Positions 27,887-35,144 of a DNA stretch of 35,144 bases are shown here, piece by piece. Within the stretch, counting starts at the first letter, position 1. Every line of letters begins with the position of its first letter. The notes beneath the pieces are model-generated. The model was not told the DNA's origin and made no database searches. It saw only the letters and a list, made by a program, of their open reading frames with translations. The stretch is from Pseudomonadota bacterium (GTDB lineage Bacteria > Bdellovibrionota > Bacteriovoracia > Bacteriovoracales > Bacteriovoracaceae), in assembly GCA_021299675.1 (NCBI GenBank), contig JAJTIF010000184.1, positions 1-35,144 of the forward strand, in the 5' to 3' direction. The translations under genes and the position numbers were made by a program.

Positions 27887-28126
27887 GTTTTCTTATATTT
27901 CAGTTCGGTTTGGATATAGAGTCGTCCTCGGCCGTGGGATATCCAAAGCAGATCCAGGCGCGCGTGTCTTCAAAGCTTGTGAAGCCTAAAATAGGCTGGT
28001 TGGCTGTGTGAATACACAAGTGCTTCACTTAGCTATGAAGTCAAAAATGTCGTTGAATTACACCGATTATCTGGAGCCATGGGAGGAGAGTAATTTAAAA
28101 TTTTGATCCTCCGATAAGTCCCTAAC

Positions 28127-29518
28127 ATGGACAACAGCTCAGTGCTCGAAAAAAAGATTGATGACCTCATCACTAGGCTCGGTGGTCTCGATCGTTTGCG
28201 AGAACTCTCAAGACTCACGTCTCTTGATCATCTTGTGAACCTGCATCTGCTTAGTCACCTGACAAAGCTTGATAAGATCGAAGGCCTCAAGGAGCTAGAT
28301 AAGCTCAATTCTCTCGATTCTTTGAGCCACTTACGCCAGCTCGATAAGCTCGACAAGCTCGAAAACCTGAACCTGCTTCGAGTGGTCGACGAGATAAAGA
28401 ACTTAGAAAAACTTGATAAGCTCGACTCTCTCAAAAACCTTCATGCACTTGATCGTCTGGATGAGCTGAATAAGCTTCAGGAGCTCGACAAGCTCTCAAA
28501 TCTTGATGAGTTAAAAAATCTCACGATGCTTCAAGGACTCGATAACCTTAAGGAGCTCGAGCGATTAAATCATCTCAGCTACCTTAAAAATCTCGATCGC
28601 CTGCAGGAACTCAATCTCCTCTCAAAGCTCGATCAGCTTCAGGATCTGAAGCACTTCATGGATCAGAATAAGGACATCCTGCCCAAGTTTAAGCACCTGG
28701 ATGCGCTGGATAATCTGGCGCTTCTCGGAAAGCTCTCTGAGCTCGATAAGTTGGATCGGCTCGATGAGCTGAAACAGCTCGATAAACTTGAGTACATTTC
28801 CCATACCGCCTCTGCGCCTCCTGCATTACCCGGTGAAGGAGAGGAGCCAAAGGTTCAAGTCGTTTCCGTGCCCTATAAAAAATCCTTTTTAACCTATAGC
28901 TTCGATTTCATTCTTGATCTGGTTCGCTCTCTTGTGCTGGCTGGACTCATCATCGCCGCCCTTCAGCACCCGCAAGGAAGAAAGACTGCTCAGCAAGCGG
29001 TAAACTACCTCGGCTTCGGCGAAGGTCTCCAGGTGAATTGGGCGCTTGAAACCCTCTGGAGTTCCCCCACTGGATCGTTTGATAAACACTGGAATGATTT
29101 CCTTAAAAAGCTCGATGTCGACATCAACTTAACCCTCGAGCTCTCTTCGGGCTTGGGTCTCAAGCGAAGATACGAAAATCTTAATCAGCTTTTTGTCTAT
29201 GAGTTTGATTACGAAACAGAAAAGCTAGATGTGATTGTTAGAAAGAAGGTTCGCTCTAAGATTACTTTGGTGGAGAGTGTGTGGACCGATAATATCAATG
29301 TTGAAATCGGTCAGCTTATGCTGAAGCAAGGTGACTCACGTCAATTAGGCCTATGGAATCAACTTAAGGAGCTTGCAGTTGGTGGCCGTTGGCTTGACCT
29401 TTTAAAAGTGTCCCTGGCAGCTCCCCAGGACGAATTCGCACAAGAAGCAGCCATCATTGCTCTCACACATCTCAAACTTAATGACTCAACTGAATTGAAA
29501 CAATTCTTCGTGGAATAG
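28127..29518 (+). CDS. Membrane protein with an N-terminal Leu-X-X triplet-repeat domain, one TM helix and an unknown C-terminal domain
   Basis: The ORF is 463 aa with no signal peptide. Residues about 15-226 are period-3 leucine repeats. A Pro/Glu linker leads to a TM helix (ILDLVRSLVLAGLIIAALQ), followed by an unassigned domain of about 190 aa. No obvious Shine-Dalgarno lies next to the ATG. Confidence 0.75.
   Translation: MDNSSVLEKKIDDLITRLGGLDRLRELSRLTSLDHLVNLHLLSHLTKLDKIEGLKELDKLNSLDSLSHLRQLDKLDKLENLNLLRVVDEIKNLEKLDKLDSLKNLHALDRLDELNKLQELDKLSNLDELKNLTMLQGLDNLKELERLNHLSYLKNLDRLQELNLLSKLDQLQDLKHFMDQNKDILPKFKHLDALDNLALLGKLSELDKLDRLDELKQLDKLEYISHTASAPPALPGEGEEPKVQVVSVPYKKSFLTYSFDFILDLVRSLVLAGLIIAALQHPQGRKTAQQAVNYLGFGEGLQVNWALETLWSSPTGSFDKHWNDFLKKLDVDINLTLELSSGLGLKRRYENLNQLFVYEFDYETEKLDVIVRKKVRSKITLVESVWTDNINVEIGQLMLKQGDSRQLGLWNQLKELAVGGRWLDLLKVSLAAPQDEFAQEAAIIALTHLKLNDSTELKQFFVE
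28178..28804 (+). repeat. Coding tandem repeat: 53 plus 12 consecutive (L/I/V)-X-X codon triplets
   Basis: Nucleotides 28178-28654 encode 53 uninterrupted triplets with L (50), I (2) or V (1) at position 1. A 14-residue break follows, then 12 more triplets (28697-28804) in a shifted register. All six Leu codons are used, so the repeat is conserved at the protein level and is not a recent DNA slippage product. Confidence 0.9.
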
Positions 29519-29530
29519 GGACAGTTTTCC

Positions 29531-29554
29531 CTCCGGTGCCTTCTGGCACCGGAG
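29531..29554 (+). terminator. Strong hairpin, possible terminator or attenuator, after the repeat-protein gene
   Basis: A perfect 10-bp stem (CTCCGGTGCC / GGCACCGGAG) has a TTCT loop and starts 13 nt after the stop. There is no immediate U-tract; T-rich sequence begins about 15 nt further on. Confidence 0.45.
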
Positions 29555-29694
29555 CCACTAGGCTCATTTTGCCTTTTTCGTAGGCCCAATTACTTGAAAA
29601 ACCATCTGTGACTGCAGCACTTGCTCTTGGCCCCAGTCATGCAAAGATGAACTTATGTTTTGCTAGGATGGCAAAGCTAGCTCGGGAGTCACGG

Positions 29695-30015
29695 ATGGCT
29701 GAAAGACCTTTTGCATGGCTGATGACTTGTATCATGTGGGCCGGACCAGTCTGGGGATTTTCGACAGCTCCTCAGGTCAACTGCCCCACGCAGTTTCGAG
29801 CAGTGGCTTCTGAGGTGAGTGCTCCCAAGGTCGGTGAGCATGCCCTCTCCAAGGCTCAAATTAAGTTCCAAGTCTTTGATGCAATCAAAGGGGCCAGTGC
29901 GGATGACACTCTCAGTGTGGAGATCCTGAAGTTTGGTCCTCTCAAAGTTGAGCAAGGTAAGGAATACCTCGTGCAGCTGGATAAAGGAAAACTTTGTTGG
30001 ATTGAAGAAATCTAG
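29695..30015 (+). CDS. Small secreted protein of unknown function
   Basis: I chose the ATG at 29695 because a GGGAG Shine-Dalgarno precedes it by 6 nt. This start gives a signal-like N-terminus (MAERPFAWLMTCIMWAGPVWGFS) and a 106-aa product. The ORF track's GTG at 29608 adds a non-signal extension. The gene ends 14 nt before the metzincin gene. Confidence 0.55.
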   Translation: MAERPFAWLMTCIMWAGPVWGFSTAPQVNCPTQFRAVASEVSAPKVGEHALSKAQIKFQVFDAIKGASADDTLSVEILKFGPLKVEQGKEYLVQLDKGKLCWIEEI

Positions 30016-30029
30016 GAAAGGAATTCCTT

Positions 30030-30794
30030 ATGGTTAAAATCATTTTCCTTCTAAGCCTCGCCCTGTGCTCTCTTTCAAGTTGGGCGTTTCGATACACGAA
30101 AGATTTTAGCGACGGCTTTTACTGGTCTTCATTGCCGATTCAGTTCATCGTCATGGACACAGACTCTCAGCGCATGAACATGATTGCGAGCATTGCCCAA
30201 GATGCTGTTTCTGATTGGCAGGAAGCACTCATCGATAATCTCTGGAACGTATCCTCCCAGCAAGGCTCACCGGTTTCTAATCGAAACATCATCCGGTGGT
30301 CTACTAATTTTGGTCAAGAGACGGGCATGTCGGAAAGTTCCACTTTAGCAGTGGCCGTTCGCTACACCGGTGGCCCCTACATCGCGCGTGGAGAGATCAT
30401 TATCAATGGCAAGCACCCTATTAATTCATTTTCTAATCAGCTAAAGACCGTTCTCGTGCATGAATTGGGACACACTCTCGGGCTTGACCACTCGGAAGTG
30501 AATGAAGCAGTGATGGCTCCCTCACTCGATCTCCACTATGACGGGCTTCACTATGATGACATTCAGGGCATGTCGAATACGGTGATGGAGACCAAGCGCC
30601 GCCAGGCGATCGGTTATGTCAGTCCGCTTTCGAGGAGTGAGACCACCCAGAGCTCGGCCATGAGCTGTGGAACCATTGATATCAGCGGTGGGGATGGGGG
30701 CAGCGGTGGAGGTCCTATGAACCTGATTTTTTCACTCGGGATTGGTCTCATGGTTATGATCTTTTCACGAACATCACGATCAAGACGAAGCTGA
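30030..30794 (+). CDS. Matrixin-like (M10 metzincin) zinc protease with a C-terminal Gly-rich/TM/basic tail
   Basis: It has a signal peptide (MVKIIFLLSLALCSLSSWA), the zinc site HELGHTLGLDHS (HExxHxxGxxH) and a Met-turn (EAVMAP). The tail is SCGTIDISGGDGGSGGGP-MNLIFSLGIGLMVMIF-SRTSRSRRS. Confidence 0.8.
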   Translation: MVKIIFLLSLALCSLSSWAFRYTKDFSDGFYWSSLPIQFIVMDTDSQRMNMIASIAQDAVSDWQEALIDNLWNVSSQQGSPVSNRNIIRWSTNFGQETGMSESSTLAVAVRYTGGPYIARGEIIINGKHPINSFSNQLKTVLVHELGHTLGLDHSEVNEAVMAPSLDLHYDGLHYDDIQGMSNTVMETKRRQAIGYVSPLSRSETTQSSAMSCGTIDISGGDGGSGGGPMNLIFSLGIGLMVMIFSRTSRSRRS

Positions 30795-30813
30795 TTGTTC
30801 CGATAAGAAGGCT

Positions 30814-31284
30814 ATGAATGGAGTCCGCCAAGAGCAAGACAACTTCTTTTTTTGGTTAAAGCTTGAAGACAAGCTCGATGAGATGTATTTGCAGGTATCT
30901 CAGGAGCTTAGCCGTAAGGGAATCCAGTTAATTCCAGTCACCGTAGACCAGATCTCTAAGCTCGCTGCGCTGACGAACCTCTCTCATCTGACTGTGATCT
31001 GCTCCACTCGCCACTCAAAGCAGTTCATGACCTTTCGCAAGACAGTGCACCCGATTTTAAAGTACCTCCTGCGGCAAGAAAAACTGACCTTCTTTAACCT
31101 ATCAAGCTTCTCAAAATTAGAAATTCCTCAAAAAACGACGAGACAAAACTACTTCTTTCTTAAGTATCCCCTGAATCTAAATTCTATTTGTGATAAACTA
31201 ATCAAGTATCATGAAATTAGATTAGAGAAGAGCCAAACATGGCCGGGCGGAAAACGGGCCAAGGTGCCCGGAGCCGGCACTTAA
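30814..31284 (+). CDS. Hypothetical cytosolic protein (alternating beta/alpha pattern, possibly a degenerate receiver-like fold)
   Basis: The ORF is 156 aa with an AAGAAGG Shine-Dalgarno, no signal peptide and no recognised motif. The fold suggestion is a weak guess from the secondary-structure pattern. Confidence 0.55.
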   Translation: MNGVRQEQDNFFFWLKLEDKLDEMYLQVSQELSRKGIQLIPVTVDQISKLAALTNLSHLTVICSTRHSKQFMTFRKTVHPILKYLLRQEKLTFFNLSSFSKLEIPQKTTRQNYFFLKYPLNLNSICDKLIKYHEIRLEKSQTWPGGKRAKVPGAGT

Positions 31285-31292
31285 CCTCTTAG

Positions 31293-31823
31293 GTGGATAT
31301 GAAGTCATTAAAGGATGAGTTAACCCAAAGATACTTGCTGCTGCTTAAACTTGATGCGAAGAACTTACTGAATCGAGTGAAAGAGAGACGAAAAGAATTC
31401 GTTGAAGTCTTCGCCATGAGAAGAACGCGTGAGCATTTCACCTGGCTTTTCAGTAACCGCTACGAAAAAACAACCATCCGGGACCTCGCGCACTGCTCGA
31501 CAGAGACGATCCAGGCCCTGGATCAGTTCTACACACTCATCGACGAGATGAAGTGGTACCTCTACCATACCGAAGATATGCCCAATACGGTTGAGGACAA
31601 CGTCTTTCGGATGAGCAAGAGACTTGAAAAATTACACGCCACGCTGGAGCTCTATCTCGATGCCGAGCTCTCTATCGACTCAGGCACCGAGCAAAATGAA
31701 ATTGAATCTCAGCTCAACGATTCGACTGGGTATGAGTTAAGTCAAGCTGGCATGAGTGATATCTTCTCGCCGCAAGAAGAAGGTTTCCAAGAATTTCTCG
31801 ATGAAGGCAAGAATAATGAGTAG
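31293..31823 (+). CDS. Hypothetical helical cytosolic protein with an acidic C-terminal tail
   Basis: The ORF is 176 aa. The start could be the GTG at 31293 or the ATG at 31299. It begins 8 nt after the upstream gene and overlaps the downstream methyltransferase gene. I recognised no family. Confidence 0.55.
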   Translation: MDMKSLKDELTQRYLLLLKLDAKNLLNRVKERRKEFVEVFAMRRTREHFTWLFSNRYEKTTIRDLAHCSTETIQALDQFYTLIDEMKWYLYHTEDMPNTVEDNVFRMSKRLEKLHATLELYLDAELSIDSGTEQNEIESQLNDSTGYELSQAGMSDIFSPQEEGFQEFLDEGKNNE

Positions 31824-32481
31824 CTGGTTTCTAACCTTGCTCCTCATGACCTCAGCGGCTTTTGCCCGCCAACCTCTTCCGGCAAGCCGCTTCGAGCACC
31901 TCACTGGGGCAAAGCTCTCCACTGATAAATCCGCTTGGGACGCCAAGTTCAACCGGGCTGCGTATGTGTTCGGCAAGCGCCCCGCCGAATTCCTTTCGAT
32001 GAATTACCACTATCTTCCCTTCGAAGGCACTGTCCTCGATATGGGAATGGGCGAGGGAAGAAACGCTGTGTTTTTAGCCCAGAAAGGATTTAAGGTTACT
32101 GGAGTTGACATCAGTTCCGTGGCGATTAAAAAATCTCATCTCCTCGCCAAAGAGTACGGCGTAAAAATCAAAACGGTCGCAGCTTCGATGAAAAACTACT
32201 CGATCGCTCCCGGAAGTTTTGATGCCATCATCTGCTTTTACTACGTAGACCGAGAGCTCTTAGAGAAAATAAAAAGCTGGCTCAGGCCCGGTGGGATCAT
32301 CATTTACGAAGCCTTCACTATCCGCCAACGTGTTCATCCGGCCCAGAGGCATGACCCTGAAGAGTATTTCCTGAAAGACCAAGAGCTTTTGGGGATGTTC
32401 AAAGGTATGCGCATTCTCAAGTACGAAGAACCTCTCCACGAAAAAGATTTTAGGGCCAGCATCATCCTGCAAAAGCCATAA
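31801..32481 (+). CDS. Class I SAM-dependent methyltransferase (TehB-like) with a signal-peptide-like N-terminus
   Basis: The SAM-binding motif I is VLDMGMGEGRNAVFLAQKGFKVTGVDIS, and motifs AIICFY and LRPGGIIIYE follow. The N-terminus MKARIMSSWFLTLLLMTSAAFA-RQ looks like a Sec signal. The start is either the ATG at 31801 or the one at 31816, and both overlap the upstream ORF. Confidence 0.75.
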   Translation: MKARIMSSWFLTLLLMTSAAFARQPLPASRFEHLTGAKLSTDKSAWDAKFNRAAYVFGKRPAEFLSMNYHYLPFEGTVLDMGMGEGRNAVFLAQKGFKVTGVDISSVAIKKSHLLAKEYGVKIKTVAASMKNYSIAPGSFDAIICFYYVDRELLEKIKSWLRPGGIIIYEAFTIRQRVHPAQRHDPEEYFLKDQELLGMFKGMRILKYEEPLHEKDFRASIILQKP

Positions 32482-32545
32482 TCCGATTGTTTTGGTCAGG
32501 TTGAAAAAATTATGGGTCACGCACCTCTAGTGGCATAATAAACAC

Positions 32546-33244
32546 ATGCCTCGGTTCATCATTATTTTATTCCTCATTTTTGCGAGCACATCGTCTTGGG
32601 GCGATGCCATTTCTGCCAGCTCTGTGACGGATGAAGCGACCTTTCCAGGGCAGGTTTCTCGGCTCAACGAGAGTGGTCAACTCATGCGCGTGAGAGTTGA
32701 GTTTAAAAACGCAAAGTTTTTAAATAAAGGCGATCGTGTTGAGTTTTGGAATGAGACATATCCCAATCAGCGCTGCGTAGCAAAGGTACTGGCCCGCTCA
32801 AACACGCACCTTCTCTTCCAAGTTCCAGAGTACAAGACTTGTATTATTAAAGTTCAACTCACCACTGGCAGCACGCTGCATTTTTGGAGCCAGGACCTTG
32901 AGAACAATCTCAAGACAGCTCATGAATTGGTGAAGATCCTTCAGAGAAAACGCATGGCGATGCTCGCGCGTAAGCGCTTTCATCAACGAGAACTCGATGG
33001 CCACGTGGAGAAAGTGGAGGCGGTGAACCGGCGCTTTGAGGTCCTGCGCCAGAAGCTGGAAGCGGAATGGCAAAAGGAACTGGCGAACCTTGAAGAAGAT
33101 AAGTCAGAGACCTTCGTGAAATACAAACAATCAGAAACAAGTTTAAATGAAATCGAAAGCAAGCTAGAATCCTATCGGATCTTTGATCATAACTTTAGCG
33201 AAGATAGATGGTCTCTAGATCCCGAGCTTTATTTTAAAAAATAA
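32546..33244 (+). CDS. Secreted protein with an N-terminal beta domain and a C-terminal coiled-coil region, unknown function
   Basis: The ORF is 232 aa with a signal peptide (MPRFIIILFLIFASTSSWG). The C-terminal half is charged and heptad-like (RKRFHQRELDGHVEKVEAVNRRFEVLRQKLEAEWQKELANLEED). Confidence 0.6.
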   Translation: MPRFIIILFLIFASTSSWGDAISASSVTDEATFPGQVSRLNESGQLMRVRVEFKNAKFLNKGDRVEFWNETYPNQRCVAKVLARSNTHLLFQVPEYKTCIIKVQLTTGSTLHFWSQDLENNLKTAHELVKILQRKRMAMLARKRFHQRELDGHVEKVEAVNRRFEVLRQKLEAEWQKELANLEEDKSETFVKYKQSETSLNEIESKLESYRIFDHNFSEDRWSLDPELYFKK

Positions 33245-33263
33245 CCATTGAAAAGAGGTATGC

Positions 33264-34865
33264 ATGAAGAGATTAATAAGTCTTGTGTGTCTGCTGCTGA
33301 TATTTGCCAGCTGCCAAGAAAAAAAGTCACAAACAAGTTCCGACACCTTCTACCTTTCACTCTCTGCTGAGCCGCCTACGCTCAATCCTTTTACCTCTAC
33401 TGATACAGCCTCTCAAACGATTCACGCCTACGTGTTTGAAACGCTCTTGAGCCGCAATCCTGACACCTACGACTGGGAGCCCAGCTTGGCAGAAAAGTGG
33501 GAAGTCAGTGCCGATAAAAAAGTATTCACCTTCACCATCCGAGAAGGCGTTAAGTGGAGTGACGGCAAACCACTCACCGTTGAGGACGTGAAGTACTCTT
33601 TCGATGCCATCTTCGATCCCGAACTCAACACGGCTCATCTTCGTCCTTACTACGAAAGTATCGAGAAGGTGGAGATCGTTGATGCACGCACAGTGCGCTT
33701 CTACGCCAAAGATAACTACTTTAAAAACTTCGATTCTATTGCCACTCTCACCGTGACACCGAAACACTACTACACCGACGCTAGTCGCAAGAAAGATCAC
33801 AACAAGGTGCTGATCGGCACGGGGCCCTATGACATTGAGAAGTACGAGAAAGGCAAGCGCATCGTCTTCGTCCGTAAAGAGTGGTGGGGCGATAAAGCCA
33901 ACGCCAAAAAAGAATGGGCTTTCAAACGCATCGTAATGCGATTTATTGCGGAAGAAAACGTGACCCTTGAAAGTCTTAAAAAAGGTGACTTGGATTTCTT
34001 GGGTCTTAGACCCGAGCAGTTCGTGAAAAAAACGGATGGCCCAGAATGGGGTACAAAACTCATTAAGGTTCAGACAACCAATAAATCACCCAAGGGCTAC
34101 ACCTTCATAGGTTGGAACAACGATCACCCGATCTTTAAAGATAAAAAAGTGCGTCGCGCTTTAAACATGCTCTACAATCGCCCGCTAGCGATGGAGAAAT
34201 TTGAATTCAATCTGTCTGACTACGCCACAAGCCCATCGGTACCCAGCAGTGATTTCAATTCACCAAATATTCAGCAGATTAAGTTTGATCCACAAGGCGC
34301 TCTCAAAATTCTAAATTCACTTGGTTGGAAAGATACTGACGGGGACGGAGTCCTGGATAGAATGATCAATGGGAAAAAAGTAAAGTTCTCGTTCACACTC
34401 CTCGAGCCTTTGGGTGACTTTATCAAGTACCTCACCATTTACAAGGAAGACGCAAAGAAAGTGGGAGTGGAAATTGAGATCAAACAAATCGAATGGAACT
34501 CATTCATCAAACTCCTCGATGAGAGAAAGTTTGATGCCGTTCGCCTGGCCTGGGGCGCAGGTGATGGAGATCCGGATTACAAGCAAATCTGGCACTCAAA
34601 CTCTATTGCGAACGCTGGTTCAAATTTTATTGGCTACAGAAACGCTGAAGTGGATAAGTTGATCGATCAGTCTCGCCTCATTTACGATCGTCCCCAGCGT
34701 ATCAAGGCCTTCCAGAAGATGTCAGAGATCATCGCCTCCGAAGATCCTTACCTCTTCCTCTTCGCAGGGAAATCAACTCTCTACGCCCACACCGCGCGTG
34801 TGCAAAAAGAAAAAGATACTCATACCTATACAATCGGTCAGAGCTTTTGGACCCTGAAGCCCTAG
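33264..34865 (+). CDS. ABC transporter substrate-binding lipoprotein, family 5 (peptide/nickel, OppA/DppA/YejA-like)
   Basis: The ORF is 533 aa with a lipobox (LLIFAS-C-QEK) and an AAGAGG Shine-Dalgarno. Its length and conserved stretches (PYDIEKYEKGKRIVFVR, IGWNNDHPIFKDKKVRRAL) fit family 5. A YejB-like permease gene follows immediately. Confidence 0.8.
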   Translation: MKRLISLVCLLLIFASCQEKKSQTSSDTFYLSLSAEPPTLNPFTSTDTASQTIHAYVFETLLSRNPDTYDWEPSLAEKWEVSADKKVFTFTIREGVKWSDGKPLTVEDVKYSFDAIFDPELNTAHLRPYYESIEKVEIVDARTVRFYAKDNYFKNFDSIATLTVTPKHYYTDASRKKDHNKVLIGTGPYDIEKYEKGKRIVFVRKEWWGDKANAKKEWAFKRIVMRFIAEENVTLESLKKGDLDFLGLRPEQFVKKTDGPEWGTKLIKVQTTNKSPKGYTFIGWNNDHPIFKDKKVRRALNMLYNRPLAMEKFEFNLSDYATSPSVPSSDFNSPNIQQIKFDPQGALKILNSLGWKDTDGDGVLDRMINGKKVKFSFTLLEPLGDFIKYLTIYKEDAKKVGVEIEIKQIEWNSFIKLLDERKFDAVRLAWGAGDGDPDYKQIWHSNSIANAGSNFIGYRNAEVDKLIDQSRLIYDRPQRIKAFQKMSEIIASEDPYLFLFAGKSTLYAHTARVQKEKDTHTYTIGQSFWTLKP

Positions 34866-34866
34866 T

Positions 34867-35144
34867 ATGTATAAGTATCTTCTTAAGCGGTTACTGATTA
34901 TGATCCCGACACTGGTCGGGGTCACGCTTGTAGTCTTTGCGGTCATCAACTTAGCACCTGGATCCCCGGTGGAACAAAAGCTGCAGCAGATGCGCTTTGG
35001 TGGCTCATCCACCACTGACTCCTCTGGCCGGGGCTCAAGCACAGTCTCTGATGAAGTGATGGCGGCGCTGAACAAACAGTACGGCTTCGATAAACCTATC
35101 CATACGCGCTACTTCATCTGGCTCAAAAATATTGTGACCTTTGA
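34867..35144 (+). CDS. ABC transporter permease, YejB/OppB-like (5' part, runs off the window)
   Basis: This ORF is not in the ORF track because it has no stop within the window. My translation from the ATG at 34867 is MYKYLLKRLLIMIPTLVGVTLVVFAVINLAPGSPVEQ...QYGFDKPIHTRYFIWLKNIVTF. I recall the E. coli YejB N-terminus as containing YGFDKPIHERYF. Confidence 0.8.
   Translation, partial: MYKYLLKRLLIMIPTLVGVTLVVFAVINLAPGSPVEQKLQQMRFGGSSTTDSSGRGSSTVSDEVMAALNKQYGFDKPIHTRYFIWLKNIVTF

Noticed and set aside
28079-28093. A mini-ORF ATG GGA GGA GAG TAA lies upstream of the repeat-protein gene.
   Set aside because: It has only four codons, the SD-like GGAG sits 2 nt from the ATG (too close), and there is no evidence that it is translated. 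The GGAGGA is more simply part of a weak stem.
28178-28804. Repetitive DNA (recurring CTCGATAAGCTC-like units) could be taken for a CRISPR array or a tandem satellite.
   Set aside because: There is no repeat-spacer organisation. The periodicity is 3 nt at the codon level, in a single long ORF with varied Leu codons. It is a protein-coding repeat.

Overview
This 35.1-kb window is compact, gene-dense bacterial chromosome, roughly 48-50% GC by eye. I saw no rRNA, tRNA, CRISPR array, transposase or integrase. The gene content suggests a Bdellovibrio-like predatory or delta-proteobacterial lineage; that placement is inference only. Housekeeping genes I recognise with confidence are hslO (Hsp33), an AddB/AddA-type helicase-nuclease pair, trxA translationally coupled to a GmhA/DiaA-like SIS protein, an RDD membrane protein, polA, groES-groEL, and the start of a peptide-type ABC importer (family-5 binding lipoprotein plus a YejB-like permease). 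The largest functional block (7.0-16.9 kb) looks like an Agl-Glt-type envelope motor cluster. It holds an outer-membrane beta-barrel, three TPR-type periplasmic proteins or lipoproteins, a tiny secreted protein and an FHA-TM-TonB-like (PglI/AgmX-tail) protein. A convergent MotA/TolQ/ExbB gene plus two ExbD/TolR genes face it, and the two operons share one perfectly palindromic bidirectional terminator. The most unusual items are these. (1) A 463-aa membrane protein has an N-terminal ~210 residues that are an almost unbroken run of Leu-X-X triplets, which I cannot assign to any repeat class I know. (2) A secreted protein carries the Cys-His-Asp signature and spacing of protein-glutamine glutaminase, followed by a small secreted partner gene. 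(3) A tight operon combines a small secreted protein, a pro-domain-less matrixin-type metzincin with a sorting-signal-like tail, two unknown cytosolic proteins and a SAM methyltransferase with a Sec-like signal peptide. (4) Both AddAB subunits carry a Cas4/AddB-type four-cysteine nuclease domain. All family calls come from motif recognition by eye, not from database searches.
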